The notes under the pieces were generated by a model. It did no database searches and had not been told where the DNA came from. It saw only the letters and a list, made by a program, of their open reading frames with translations. 64,000 bases of DNA from contig NMRA01000052.1 in the NCBI GenBank assembly GCA_002633005.1, positions 486,722 to 550,721 on the forward strand, written 5' to 3'. The position numbers and the translations under genes were made by a program. This stretch comes from Phoronis australis. Its lineage: Eukaryota > Animalia > Phoronida. This document shows, piece after piece, positions 51,001 to 64,000 of the stretch. The first letter of the stretch is position 1. Every line of letters starts with the position of its first letter.

Positions 51001-54000
51001 TGCGCCGATGTTCCTCGCTCAGCCTCATGCGATACTCGATGTACCCCAGCAATGTTTGATTTATGTAGTCCGGGTCACATATTGCCTCAATGGTGGGTTT
51101 CAGAACTGAGAATTACNCCAACTCGAACTGGTACTTTTTCTCCAAAATGTACTCAGCCACAACAGAGCAGTGTACAGAAATCTTCAAATCATCAATACAG
51201 TACGTGTGGTGAACTTTGCAGTCATAGTTTTGAAGGTTTATGACAGTTTCAAGTCCTACCACCAGAATGCACAATCTTAGGGTTATGCAGCACAATAGAA
51301 AAATTCCGAATTGGCCTACCTTTGGAACATCATATCTCAGAAATGGCCGATTGGATTCACATGAAACTTTCAGATAGCGTGCTTCATGTTTTGTTCTTCA
51401 AAATGCTCTTAGCAATTGTTTTTTTTAAATGTTCCACTTCTACATGAGGTGTTATCAAAAATTAGGATTTTCATGAAAAAATTAAGTTGCATCAAACGAA
51501 ATGTTTAGATACTTGTAACAGCATTTTTGAGATTTCATCTAGATTTTTGTCAAATGAAATTTTTCATGTTATTCATAACGTTGTTTTGTCATCAAAGTAC
51601 CTATTTTTTGCAATATTTTATCAAAAATACATGGTCACATGGCTAAATTAACAGCAGATAAGTAAAAAGAAAAATCCAATTCTATAAGCTTTCTACTTTC
51701 AGTACCTAATTTTAGCAATTTAAAATCTATAGTTTTGTAAATACACAAACTTGTCGATGAGGTCTTCCATAACTTTAATAACACACACAACAGGGTCTAC
51801 AACTCTGACGACTTTTGTGCATAGAATTATGAAAGAGGCATCACAGACATTTTACCTCCTTCCCCTACAGAACAGGGAGCGACGAAACTAAGTGGCTAAC
51901 CCACAACTTATAGGTTTGAACAACGTACTACCCCCGATTCAGAATAACAACGCATACCTTTACAGGCAAAAATCTCTCTCAGCAGGTGAGTGGCAGGTGT
52001 GACGTGAGCATACTCTGTTGGCAGCGTTTTAACGAGAAGGAACTCGGCGACTTTACGCAAGAACCGCAACTCTTCTTCATCATTGCGTAAGTAACCATGA
52101 AGCCCAAACGGTGGTAACGGCTCATCTGGCTTGGTTCTGAAAACGTGAACAATCCATATTTTCCTTCATTCTCCACAATAGGCATCATTGCAAGTGCGCA
52201 AAGGGTAAAATTCACTTACAGGCAGGCACAGGAATCCCGTATTTTGGGAACCAGTTTTCTCCATTGAATAGCGTGCATCAAACTGGTTCTCGAAATCCAG
52301 GAACACTTAAGTGACTATTGCCGTACAAAGAATGCACTTTCCCAGACACTTTATACCCCCTTGAAAATTTGTTGAAAATACAGTTTGCTAATACATACCC
52401 ATTGCTACACTAATAAGGCAGTTTACAATATTGTGAAAACCTGAAAACTATGAACCTCAGACTGATCCCAGAAAAAAGGGTTGACCAGAATCACACCTGT
52501 GAAATCATGCCGTACTGATTAAATTCTCAGTGATGAAAAACACAGTATTACACGTGGGCCTACATCTTGTTTTTTTTTTCTCACTGCGTGAGTGGGAATG
52601 ATGGCAGTGAATTGTTAAGATGCAATCTCCACATGCGGATGCTCTTTTGTTTACTAGACTGTATGTGTATGCCACCTGTTGGCCATGTTAGAAAACTGGA
52701 GATTAAAATGGTGATGTGTATTTCTTCATGCTGTCAATCTGGCATAAATCCCACAAAATCGTATGAATGGCTCAGACATCCGCAACATGAATGAGGTAAA
52801 GCGAGGTCTTCGTACCCTCCATGTGTTAAGGACACATCCATTACAGTGCTCATGGTATTTAAAGCGACAGTCAATTAAAAATGTGAGCATTCAAATATTC
52901 CTACACAATAAAACTTATGACCAGTGCTACATTTAGAAGGTTCCAGAGTATTAAACTGGACACCCTGCACCAAATTTAGACATCCCACATAAAGTAAACA
53001 ATTAAGTGCTAGTGCAACCCAAGTCTCTACTTTCTTACACAGCAGCTTTGGGAGCTCAACCATAACATGATGAAAGTAAGCTAGGATAAACATTACTACA
53101 GACCCATGTGTCCACCCTAACATTCCAAACAACAGTAGCAATTCCACTTTGAGTCATAAACCCCAATCATCCTTGGTGGTGGTTGTCCACAGACAAAGGG
53201 AAATCCAAGCTGAAAGCCCCATTTGGAACTCCTGGACAGAATCATTACATAACAAAACATGCCCGAGTGGCTAACACCCATCACAGTGCAGTGGCAAGAT
53301 AACTGGGCCAGAGCTACACTGAGCCTGGGTGGTGCTAGAGACCTAATTCTAGGGGAATGCCAGAAAATTTCTTTGTGATTTTTCTTATCTTAATTAAATA
53401 ACACAAACTAGATCCTACCACATTGACAACAATATTGTGGAGCACATTAACTGCTTACTCCTGAGCAGATCACTCTTTGATCCTATCTTCAAGCAAGTGA
53501 AGGGGTGTAGGCAGAAGAAGCCAGTTCTATGGTATCAGATGACGTTGAACTCTAATGTCTTCCAGATGGTATCCAAATAATTCAAATTATGAACACAGGG
53601 AATGCAGATGAGTTTTGAGGAGGGGTTATTAAATAACATTTTAGCATATTATATAGTGGCACAATTGCATCACTTAGACAAATAAGACATGCTTTGGATA
53701 AAGCAAATTAGCAAGGGGAATTTACAATTGGCAACAAGTGCACAACCAGATCATTGGCTTCAGCAACGGAATTGTTATTAGCCTTAAGATCAGGCAATAT
53801 ATTACCCACACACCCAAATGCTTCAAGAGTATTAAACAGGCAATTAACCTGAAAACACTGGGTCATTCATAGGGAACAACCAGCATTAACTCCTTGATGA
53901 GTGGACGAAAGTGTCTTTGGCTGGAGACAATAGGACAGCCCAGGATAGAAATCTTTGTCCTGGAGGTAGGCACATGCACTGTCATCAGTTCTAGAATTTT

Positions 54001-57000
54001 GGCTGGTATTTTTTCTACAAGTATTTTCTCCTACTTCAAATTGCGTAGTTAGCTACTACTCAAATGCCCGTGTCAATTACAGAGCTCCGATTTAACTTTT
54101 GTGATGGCAGCTAGCCTTGCGGTTACAGCAAATCCTTTGAACTTCGAGTTGCGTACTTCGATTTCAAAAGTCATGGGTGACTACAAAGACACTGTGGCTC
54201 AGCGGTTAAACGTCAAAATCAAAATGGAAATTATGAAGAGCAAAAATTTTTTCAAAACAGGTCGGGCGTACAAAACAAAACAAAAAAAACCTGAGCGTCA
54301 ATTGTCCATACGAGAGAAGCCAATTCGTACTCGCATTTGGCTTTTTCCGCTTGTATTTGCAAGTGATTACTTCCTGATGTCGACCCCTACATATGCACAG
54401 GTAACATACCTAACGACGGATGTTTAAGAACTTGGAACTGACCAAACAGATGATCTGTTAAAGTAAATGTAATGCAGATTTAAACACGGACACAAACGGA
54501 GTAACTGAGAACACATCGGCGAAGAAATGATAAAAAATTGCACACTTCAACTACAAATCTATAACGAAATGCTTTAAAAAGTCTTAAGAGACAATGCAGA
54601 GTGAATTTTTGTCGGTTTGACTGAAAGTTGATAGTCTTAGTTCAATGAAGCAAAACTCGTTGTCACGAATTACATACACTGGGGGAATTAGAACCACCAT
54701 AACAACAACAACAACATCGAACTGTGACTCCCGCAATTTGTATCTTTGCGCATGAGCACTCCACAGTCCTGCCTAAAACTTCTGCCTTGCCACCATTTCT
54801 GAGTTTTGTGTGTGTGTAAACGGCCACTTGACAACGACCATCTTGCGCCTCAGTTGCACAGTGTCAAAAGTTTATGTCTAAAGGGAACTTAATAGGCTCC
54901 AACAGGTGATTCATTCCCCAAGTGATTTGTTGATGTCATGAACAGGGCAAAACATCTCTAAACTCTACCACCAAAATAGTTGGACAAAAATGGTACCTTT
55001 TGTAACAACAGAGGACATCCGGCAATTTGTTCTGCAACTAATAGTATTGTTATTTGACAGAACTGAGAATTTTTATAGGTACTGCAGATTCCTTCTAATG
55101 GATTTAGGCTTCCCCCCATGTCTACACGTACTTGATGTCGGGCAATTTACCGTAGTGGCCTACTTACCAAAGACCGAGACAACTTAGATATACATAGGTT
55201 TCCAGGTAAAATTTTCAGTTCCTAATTCAAAAGCACAACTTTGGAGAACGCAAAGATATGAGATTTTGAGTTGATGTCATTTATACGTTTCTAAAACGGT
55301 GCCACCTTAAAGCAAGGCTCCCCCCGGTGGAGGTGGCTGCCGTGATAGCATCAATTACCACTTTGTTTCTATATCTGGAAATTATACAGCCTGTCACCTT
55401 ACACGGTCCCCCATTAGAGGGTGGCCCAATGATGAAATCATGTCACCTTTTTCCTGTTCTTGTAATTATACATCCTTTCATATTAACTGAACCTTTCAGA
55501 GGGGGACCCAATTGAGGGGCATGTGGGGAATTGCTCTCTTTCCTCATTTAAATATGTAGCAGTCTAAAGACATAATTCAAGGTTTATTGAGCTTTCCTGA
55601 TACTCTTACCAAAGCTTTCACAACACACGGAAACACAAAAACGTAGGAACACCATGATACATGAAGTAACCATTTCATGCCATTTTGGGTCACCACAAGG
55701 ACACAGAACAAACAACTTACAGATAAAAATTTGTAATATTAAATAGAAACCATTGTGCACAGGTGTTGTTCATAGATGTTTGAATCAACTACAAGTTTCT
55801 GGTTGTGACGTCATATGCTTTGAAATTATGGCCATAAGACCACACCTTTTGCTGTATTTGGCAAAGTATAGAACTGATGTTGTCAGAAAAACATTGCAAG
55901 AACCAATTTTATATAAATAATGTCACACCAGATAATATAATAACTCCGATTATCGTCATGAAATGTCAAAAACTGAATAATTTCCCATAGGGATAACTCA
56001 CATGACATGATTTACTGTCCTATTCCTAAAGACCGTCATTGCGAAACAGCAAACTCGATTCTTACCAGCTTAGTGGCATGTGCACCTCCGCTTTTCTGTC
56101 TAAAAACTAACCTACTTCATCTCAAATTATTCGCCTTATCGGGTCTCAGAGGCGAGGGTAAAAATCAGTCGTTGCTGTTTACCTGTCTTACTCTAAGACT
56201 CTCCATTAGCATGACTAGTTTATAAGATCACTGCCCAGTCAAAGCCCACTAATGGACTATACCTGATATTACCATAATTTACATCAAAACCAAGGGTATG
56301 GCATTAAGCGGGCACCACTGTATAGGTGGAACCAAACAAGCTATAAAGGACAAAGACGAACCTGTTCGTAGCTGCTTCCACCTTCTGGAAATGCTCGCGT
56401 AAGATGTTGACAGTGTCATGAGTCACCAGATGTACAAGGTCAAGGTTGGAACACTGAGAGCTAAGCTTCTCAAGAACAATCCAAAAGTCATGCCTGTAAA
56501 AACATAGGAAATGCAAATGTTACACCCTGGTAAGTGACGCAAACCAGAAGGGTAAAAATTCCGCAGTTTGGGACAGTGACTGAACAATTACTTACAGCTA
56601 CTCTTGAAAGTAACTGAATGATTCAAAACTTTTAAAAGTTTTTCATTAACTGTGTATCAACTGTTTTCGATTCTATCAAACAGTTGTAAATGTCACCACA
56701 CTTAATATTTGACCACTCAAAAATATTGTCTTTCCATGACCAAATGCACTTAAATCCTGAGATTGTAGATGACGTTTTTTTCAATGCACTGATGCAGGTT
56801 GTGGGTTATATTGAAAATTCAAAGTGGTTCGAGATATCACTCTGATTGATGTATTAAGAGCTTCTGGCAGTGACAGTGAGAACACGAACTAAAGTTCTAG
56901 GAAACAAGTAAAATATAGTTGACCAATCAGAATGCTTGCAAAATAATAAACTGGGAGTCGCTTGAACTACAATGTTTATTAACATGACCTCTGAGTTGGA

Positions 57001-60000
57001 CAATACGGACAGGTGTCAAGGATGGGAATTCAATTTCACTGGTACCAGGGCTCGACATAACGAGCTGCAGGTCGCATTTGCGACCTGAAATTTGGAAATG
57101 CGAGCTGAGATTTTTGTCAGCTCGTATCAAGTCGCAAAATGCGACCTGGAATTTCCAACGAATGCGAGCTGAGTGTTTGCACTTCTCAACAGATACCTGG
57201 CAAATACCAAGCAGCTCTTGTTAATCCGACCGTTATTTGCATGGTTGTTGCCAAATCCAAGTTCAAAAGAACACTAACCGAGAACTGCCCTCCCGATGAC
57301 TTGTAAGCAAGTCGCGTGAACATGGGATATGCAGAATCGATCTTTGACGCGTTTCATTGGCTAACACTTTCGGCCACTTTAGTAAATTCCCGGATTCGCC
57401 GAAGAAAGTTTCGGGCCACTGCTTAACACGTGATAAAACTTCACAAAACAACGGTGTTTCTACTAATTCTTAAGCGATCAACTTACCAAACTTTGTGGTG
57501 GACAAAAATGTTTATTTTTCACATAAGATGTCCTTATTACATGTACCAAATATCCACGACAATATCCCTGATATCGCACTGCGGCACCGTTAGCGCGCAA
57601 GCGGTCCCGGCAGACAATCGTGACTTAGACTGAGATGTGCTTCTCCTTTTTATCGTATTAAGACAGCCAAAGTGAAAATTACAACCTTATTAATCGCCAA
57701 ACGACGGTCACGTCTTTACTTTCAGTCGCCAAGAAATTCTCAAACCCTTTACTTGTTTCTGGGGCTACGTGCGCGAAATATGATTTGTCTTTCACACGTT
57801 GTTGCCAACGTAAAGTGTAGGCCTACTCCAGCGATTCAAGTGCGTGAACTCACGCGTGCGCACCACTTCAAAGAACAGCGACAGTCCTAAATGAAAGAGT
57901 ATACCGGCTTGGCTCTGGTTTATTTGAAAATGAACTCAGATTCCCAGCGGTTATAAAAGACCCGATGTCCCGGGACCGATATAACCCAGAACTAACGTTA
58001 TCCTGTTCCGATGTTTCCCGAGGTCGATGTTCTGTAAACCCTGTATTCTATGCCCGTAGCCAGCTATTGCAACTAAACTGGCACTAGATGCGAAATTGTG
58101 GTTCAAGTTAGCGAACTTTTCATTCTTCTCTTTATACACCCCCCGGCAACTTTTCGCTCCCCGAACCACCTTCGCCGTAAAATGTTCAGACTCCTATAGA
58201 AACAACCTTGTTCCGGCTGAAGCGGGCAGTTAAAAAAATCATTCCGGGTGGCTAAAAAGGGTACAATGTAGTTGGTAACGATATCCAGAAAGTCACCCCT
58301 ACCAGATGGAGTTTGCCTCGCAAAATCGTATTATTATAACGTTTTTTACCATTGCAGCGTTTTAATATCTTATTACCGCAAACACTGAGGTTAACGACTA
58401 TGCTCACGCACAAGCCTACTCCCTACCTTTAAAGTGTTTCATAATAAGCGCTCACTGATCTATTAAAAGTCCCCCCTTAAATTTTGAGAATTTCCAATTA
58501 AGCGCCCACAGTTCAAGCTAGCGCCCATCATTGCGCACTACAAACGACCGCGTGTGGTTTAAAATTGACACGCAGCTTATATGGTGTGTGTCACTTTCAT
58601 TTTACACAACTTCAGTTTTCAAAAACGTCTTTTCACAATATGTAAAAACCAAATCTCGGCTTTGTTTTATACCTCGGAAAGAAAGTTAACACTAGTGACG
58701 TGCGTGTCGTTTTGCGACTGACCTATTTTTCCCGTACTTGGAGAGTATTGAAGAGCAAACTCGCGATTACCCGAGTTAGTTTGAATCGTTAACGACTTTG
58801 ATGACGGCCAGTAGCAGACCAGATCTAACAAAATCCCAGATACTTTTTCAACGGGCATTTTCTCCCTTTTCACATCGCAAATTTAGCTACTCCAATGCAC
58901 AAGTCAGTTAGAGAGCACTGATTCAACTTTCACGCCGGCAACTTGCCTTGCGCTCTAGAGTCTTTCAATGGCGGTCGTGAAGAACAGTAAGGCCGTACCT
59001 GCATGAATGAAGTCAATTTTGAGATCCGAAATTTGTGAGTATTTAACGCTGCAGGTAAGAGCATAATCTAAACATTTTCTAGATGATCTAAAAAATCTAT
59101 TTTGGCGCGTAAAAATGGCGGGAAAACTTTGCGACCTGGCATTTACGAATGCGAGCTGGATTTTGAAAATGCGACCTGAGATTTTGGCTAGGTCGCAAAA
59201 TGCGACCTGGCGATTTTAATAGCGTCGAGCCCTGGGTACGTATGCTAATCACAAAGCAGTGCACTAGGATTGGCATCTAGAGAAGATAGGAAACAAAACT
59301 TAAACAAATACAACGATGAGATGTATTTCAAAGTTCCAAATAGTTACTTTCTTCAGGGAAAACGACTACTGGTGTTATAAGTGAAAATCTCTTGATATGG
59401 GTATCTCCAGAAATCAGGGCAGTAATGTTGTGCAATTGAAGTTGGCGAGGAAACTTCCAGAAAGTAAACAAATCAAAATAGTGTGACCAAGACTGGACTA
59501 GGTACAACTGAAATAATTAAAACCTAGGATAGAATAATAAACTAACAATAATTTCATGCCACATCACATCTTTAACACAGTGTTTCCCCTGGGTTTTGCA
59601 AAGAGCGTGGTGGCGAATGGCCAAAACGGGGTGTAAAGCCCGTTGCCGCACGCCAATATGAGAAATGGGATCCCCCTATTAGCTGGATTTCGAAAGGAGC
59701 GTGGTGGTGAATGCTCGACGTGGATACGGAACCTGGCACCACATGCGAGCATGGGATGAAGTGAGATCCTCCCATCAGGGGGGGTTGGGAGAGGCCTTCC
59801 CCGCAGGCAAAATTTGAAAATTAGATGTAATTGGGTGCAGTTTGCTCACCATAGACAACATAGACAAGACCTTAACCCGAGCATCATGTAGTGGAAGTAT
59901 CCCGGTAAAGAATACTTCGCAAGACAATTTGACAATGAAGTGTCTGGCATAGTGTGATCTCTGTCACACTTCAGTACAAAAAAACAGTGTTAAAATTCAG

Positions 60001-62936
60001 TTATCCACGAAGTGGCAAACATAGAACAAAAAATATTTGAACTTTGTAGATGTTATAAACTAATTCGTGTAACGAAACGTCCGTTGATACCGTCTTGCTA
60101 AACATAAATCAGTGATAGTGGATTGGCGTTGGCCGGCGTAGCAGACGATGTTATAATACAGTCCATGCAGACGAATCTGAGACTGGTTACAGTATTCTCC
60201 ACGACCTGTTTTAACTTGACGCTGTAACGAGTTTGGATTTTGCCGCGTCGAGTTTGGAAAATGCGCGTCGAGTTTAGAAAGTGCTGCGTCAGGTGGGTAA
60301 AACATGAGGTCAACAATAGGGTACTTTTCATATTGGAGCTCTCCAGAGAAATGAGGTCAAAAAAGCAACTTCCACTTGGACCCAACTCAGATTCAGTAGA
60401 CAGGAATTCACTGTTACATATGGTGGTTCGTTAAATAAAAAACAGAGAAATAAATCAAACTGACAATCCGTCCTAGCGTTTGATTAGCTTAAGTTCACCA
60501 ATAGGCCTTTTGCGAGTTTATAACAATAACGCGAGATTATGTGAGACTTAACTGTGACGTCACGGGAAGTGGGGCAAAAGCTTGTCATTTGGTCATTTGC
60601 CCAATACGGTAGCAGAGTGTATTCTGTTATTGTCTTCGAGTTTTTAGCCGTTTAGTTCGAAAAATGCCCAAAAGCATTGCTGTTATGGCAAATGAACTTC
60701 AGATTCGCATTACAATACGTTCTATCGCGTTCTGTACTAATTTCGTCCCGTGTATTTTAAACAGGCGGTAGGCGAAATCCGCTCACTGGTAAAGTTTTCA
60801 CCTAGTCGAAAATACATTCTACACCTAAAATTAGCACCTAAAAGGCTCTTACTTTATTCAGTGACTCTTTCTGCTTCTAAACATATCTTCGATGAAGCAT
60901 ATATACGGGAATTCAAGTGACTTAGGCGAAGAATTCCAACTCCACTTTGTGGTTACTGTTAACTTTGTCCGCGCGCGCGATTACCACAATCAAGTATTTC
61001 AACTGAGTCAGGTGAGTATGAGGCAAAGGCTAGCGCGAGACTGAGCGAAGCGCGAGATCTGGCGCGTGACCTGGCGCGTGACACTTGCAAAATAGCATGA
61101 GAAAATATCAAGTGAAATTTGTAAGATTTGTGTCCCTTGGACTTTTTGTTCGTCAACAGGCGTGATTTCACGTAACTTCCTCAAAATGGCGGCTCTTTAG
61201 TGAGAGAAACTCGAGAGAACCGCGAGGTTTTCATGAATATGCTCAAGTTATTTGTAGACTAAATTGTGTCCAGAGTCAGGGTATGTGTTAATTATAACTT
61301 CATGTGCACATATGCATGTTTCATTTGATTTTATTTGCTGTATTTTGAAGTGAATATCTTTTTATGGGGATACACTATCGCCCCTGTATGCCTGCGCCAT
61401 TCAGGCCTAGAGCGGGTTAAGTTCCAATTTCAGTCCGTTCACAGCTTCGCACAACATAACAAGGTCACATTTTCTTCGTCTATTCACAGTTATTCCACGA
61501 CCCATCTACCATATCTTAAGTTGTTTTAACGTTTTAAGCGTAAAATTCACCATAAGAACTCCAGTAAGTTTTAGCGTGTGTAGCAAAGACTCGGGGCAAA
61601 ACAAGAGCAATATGGCGGGTTTTGCCCCCTTTCCGGTGACGTCACAGTGACTAGCGAGAAACTCGCAAGTGAGCTATTTATTTTTAACTTTTTTGACATC
61701 GGCTGGGATCGAAATCATACCACTATATCAGTCGCAGCCACTAACTATGCAGTCATAGACTCTTCATAGCAGTGGGAAATATATGGGACACGATGTCCTT
61801 CATCTATGGACATTTCAAGAGGTTTGCCTTTTCTGTAAGCCATTAGTACATGACACTGTACATGAGAAAAAAATTGCTGGTATCACGATAGCAGGAAAGG
61901 TGTTACAACGCCGTTGATATCAATAGGTTGAAACCTCCCATTGGCATTACATGGGATTTGTAGGGGACGCTGAACACCTGTCCACCAAAGACGTGATCGC
62001 AGTCTGGCGGGTATGTGAACGTTAATATGGTGTGGCTATTTCGAAAGTCAGCTATTTGAACTTGAGGGCGCCAAAATGTCCAGATACTTGTTTTATTTCA
62101 AGAAAACACAATTAATGTCTGGTGGTTGACAAGACCATCAATTCAATAACTTGGAATTGACAGGCGTCTCAACTCTATGCACCAAAAGAAACATCACAAG
62201 AAATAGGCTGGTTCCATGACTACTTGGTAGGGGTATACATTTGGACTTGGATTGCCACCTGCCAACATGCAAGTCACCACGTGACAGACTCACCTTAGTA
62301 TGTTAACAAAGCCTTGGTCATTCTTGACCAGTCCACTGTACCAGGACAAGACATAGTCCTGCAGGGCCAGGTCCAGTACCTCTCTGAAGGCCAAGTCCAG
62401 GTTTCTGGATAGGACCACTTGCTGTTGACTGAGCTCATAATAGGAGGTAGTCTTGTTCTGCACAAAAGAATACAAATTGTGTAACAAGATATGAACTCGA
62501 AACTCACTAGGTGGCTAGTGAAACAATGCACACGTCTATTTGCTGGCCAACAAGTTTATGTTAACAATCTTTTCAAACAGATGATAAAAAGAGACAAAAA
62601 TAGTTTTTTGTTTCTTGTACAAGATTTGAAGACCTAAAATTTCTTCTGTTCATTAATCATCTTGTTAAAACATCTTGGCATCCCCTATTTTTCTCTTTTT
62701 GCTTTTATACTCACAGCAAGCTCCGTAAACAATTCGTTGGCTGCTGAATGAGGACGGTTTTTGATTGGAGGGGTGTAAACTTTTCCCTTTAGCAGGTGAA
62801 GGCATACACCCAAGATAATGCCAAATACCACAGAGCACAGAGTCACTACCCAGTTGATGAGAACCGAAACTGCAGGCCACAGACTGTAGATAACTAGGCT
62901 CACAGGAAGTGCAAGACCCAGAACAACCTTGGACAT
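39046..62936 (-). CDS. SNX25: Sorting nexin-25 (TM-PXA-RGS-PX-Nexin_C), 21 coding exons, ~998 aa
   Basis: GT-AG exons 62936-62715, 62457-62294, 56493-56362, 52136-51958, 51105-50919, 50641-50568, 50326-50250, 49671-49558, 48876-48785, 48161-48002, 47342-47180, 45866-45691, 44890-44750, 43531-43376, 43181-43068, 42483-42350, 41916-41857, 41424-41281, 40734-40553, 39817-39717 and 39270-39046 total 2997 nt in frame. Motifs: DYVLSWY and DPDYINQ (PXA); YAASYEQF and RNLRRYINQLTLAKSKCEQRIRLLGG (SNX25-like); FWSAVE and HYPSFIVSDVY (RGS); WIVTRSLGDFHALH and SEALYAFLSPSP (PX); FRDSFWPNGKL and NKHLFY (Nexin_C). Confidence 0.94.
52210..52319. repeat. Second copy of the palindromic mini-element seen at 4681
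   Basis: attttgggaaccagttttctcc...aactggttctcgaaatccagga...ttaagtgactatt. Confidence 0.6.
57046..59234. mobile_element. Non-autonomous hAT-like element in an SNX25 intron
   Basis: 11-bp TIRs CAGGGCTCGAC...GTCGAGCCCTG, subterminal TGCGA(C/G)CTG repeats at both ends, and a flanking direct repeat GGTAC. Confidence 0.8.
60503..61675. mobile_element. Non-autonomous ISL2EU/Harbinger-like element with a THAP remnant
   Basis: Imperfect TIRs AT|AGGCCTTTTGCGAGTT...AACTCGCAAGTGAGCT|AT. Mirrored subterminal CTGTGACGTCAC(G/C)GGAA-GGGGCAAAA blocks. Decayed THAP start MP/KHCCYGK*TSDSHY at ~60664. Confidence 0.6.
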
Positions 62937-63518
62937 GACTGAAATTAATAAGGAAACCATGTAACAGGGCGACCACTACCATACATATAATGCACCTGGA
63001 ATGCATTCATCAACGAAAACACACAGAATACTACTGGAGATTTCTTGGATTCAGCTCTAGAAACAATGGACAATGCATGCCATGGTTAATGCAATGGTTT
63101 TGATTAGGCCCACACTACAGACAGTGTTCATTGCAGACTAATTTCAAATTATTAAAAACTCAGTTAAAACTGTTTTTCAAACTAGACACAGTGAAGCGAA
63201 CTGGTGCAGTTTTTAATTTTAAGAGTGTGAAAAACGGTGAAACTTGAAAGACAAATTAAAATCACAACGATGTTCTTGGATCATCTCGGACATATACAAA
63301 TCATTACAGTAGGCTACTCTAGCCAAAATCACGTGTTCTCATTTAAAATACACGGCAATATCTCGCGAAGTCTTGCTTTTAGCGAGGTCAACCCTGATCT
63401 GACAAAATTCGGACGAACGAAGAAGAAACTTTGAGGTCCGGATAACTTAGAGGGGTAAAATACAATGATGATGATCAGTTGATTAAACAAGCCAAAATTA
63501 AGATACAAGGACATTTAC

Positions 63519-63600
63519 CTAGCCACAACAACAATATAAGACATGTGTTGCAATGAAGATGTGCAGGCCCAGACACCTGACCAACACCGCCATTTTAAAT
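63519..63600 (-). other. Probable non-coding first exon / TSS region of SNX25
   Basis: Minus-strand AAAATGGCGG (YY1-like motif) followed by the donor AG|GTAAAT. A downstream acceptor ttaatttcag lies 2 nt before the ATG at 62936. Confidence 0.4.
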
Positions 63601-64000
63601 ATTTATGAACTTCAAAAGGTTAAAGTTGAAAGGTTAAAGTATATGTACACAGGCAAATTCATGTCAGTAATTTTTAGTTTCATAAACAATATCGAGGAAA
63701 TATTTTATACTAATTTGTATTAAAATATCAATTAACAGCTTTGAACGAATGTTTTTAACATTTTTAAACAGGTTGAATAGTGTAGCATACTTTCTCTGGT
63801 TTAATTTGCCAGTGACTATCTACTTCCGTAAAGCCGCGTCTAGTTGCCCGGATGCATCATATTCAAACTTGTGGTGGCGGGATTTTCGCTCATGAAATTT
63901 CGCGGATTTTTTCATTAGAAATTATTTGATTGTTCCGTCAAATACATTGAAAATATAGAAAGACTATGGGAGACTCTTATAAGTTTGGATACTGGGCGAA

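Noticed and set aside
51117-51117. Ambiguous base N possibly hiding a missing SNX25 exon
   Set aside because: The flanking exons (52136-51958 and 51105-50919) join in phase and give a continuous PXA domain.
59578-59830. CAGTGTTTCCCC hAT-like left end
   Set aside because: No matching right TIR or TSD was found, so it is too incomplete to call.
62665-63006. 113-aa Cys-rich ORF as a separate secreted protein
   Set aside because: It is an alternative frame over the SNX25 first coding exon. Only the other frame splices into the PXA exon.

Overview
AT-rich, intron-containing animal DNA, probably a marine invertebrate (inference from gene and TE content). Two conserved host genes converge: CCDC134 (+, 5 coding exons at 1845-5734, first exon not found) and SNX25 (-, 21 coding exons at 62936-39046, about 998 aa, TM-PXA-RGS-PX-Nexin_C). 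The roughly 33 kb between them is a nest of mostly dead transposons. (i) A 7.5-kb AcademH-type element (13159-20689) has a perfect 10-bp TSD, a hairpin at each end, and a DUF6589-type transposase convergent with a RecQ-like helicase. (ii) A Kolobok-type THAP transposase starts at TTAA|AG (21007), and a P2X7-ballast-like exon lies 12 kb downstream. (iii) Between these two parts sits a CACTA/EnSpm-type element: a spliced transposase and a divergent coiled-coil/BEN-domain gene share a hairpin-containing spacer, and about 12 palindromic subterminal repeats mark the right end. LINE ORF1, Gypsy integrase, SINE and MITE relics are also present. No prokaryotic system or CRISPR array is supported. The best candidates for new biology are the BEN protein plus palindromic array of the CACTA element and the double-hairpin ends of the helicase transposon. 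All calls come from manual reading, with no database searches run.
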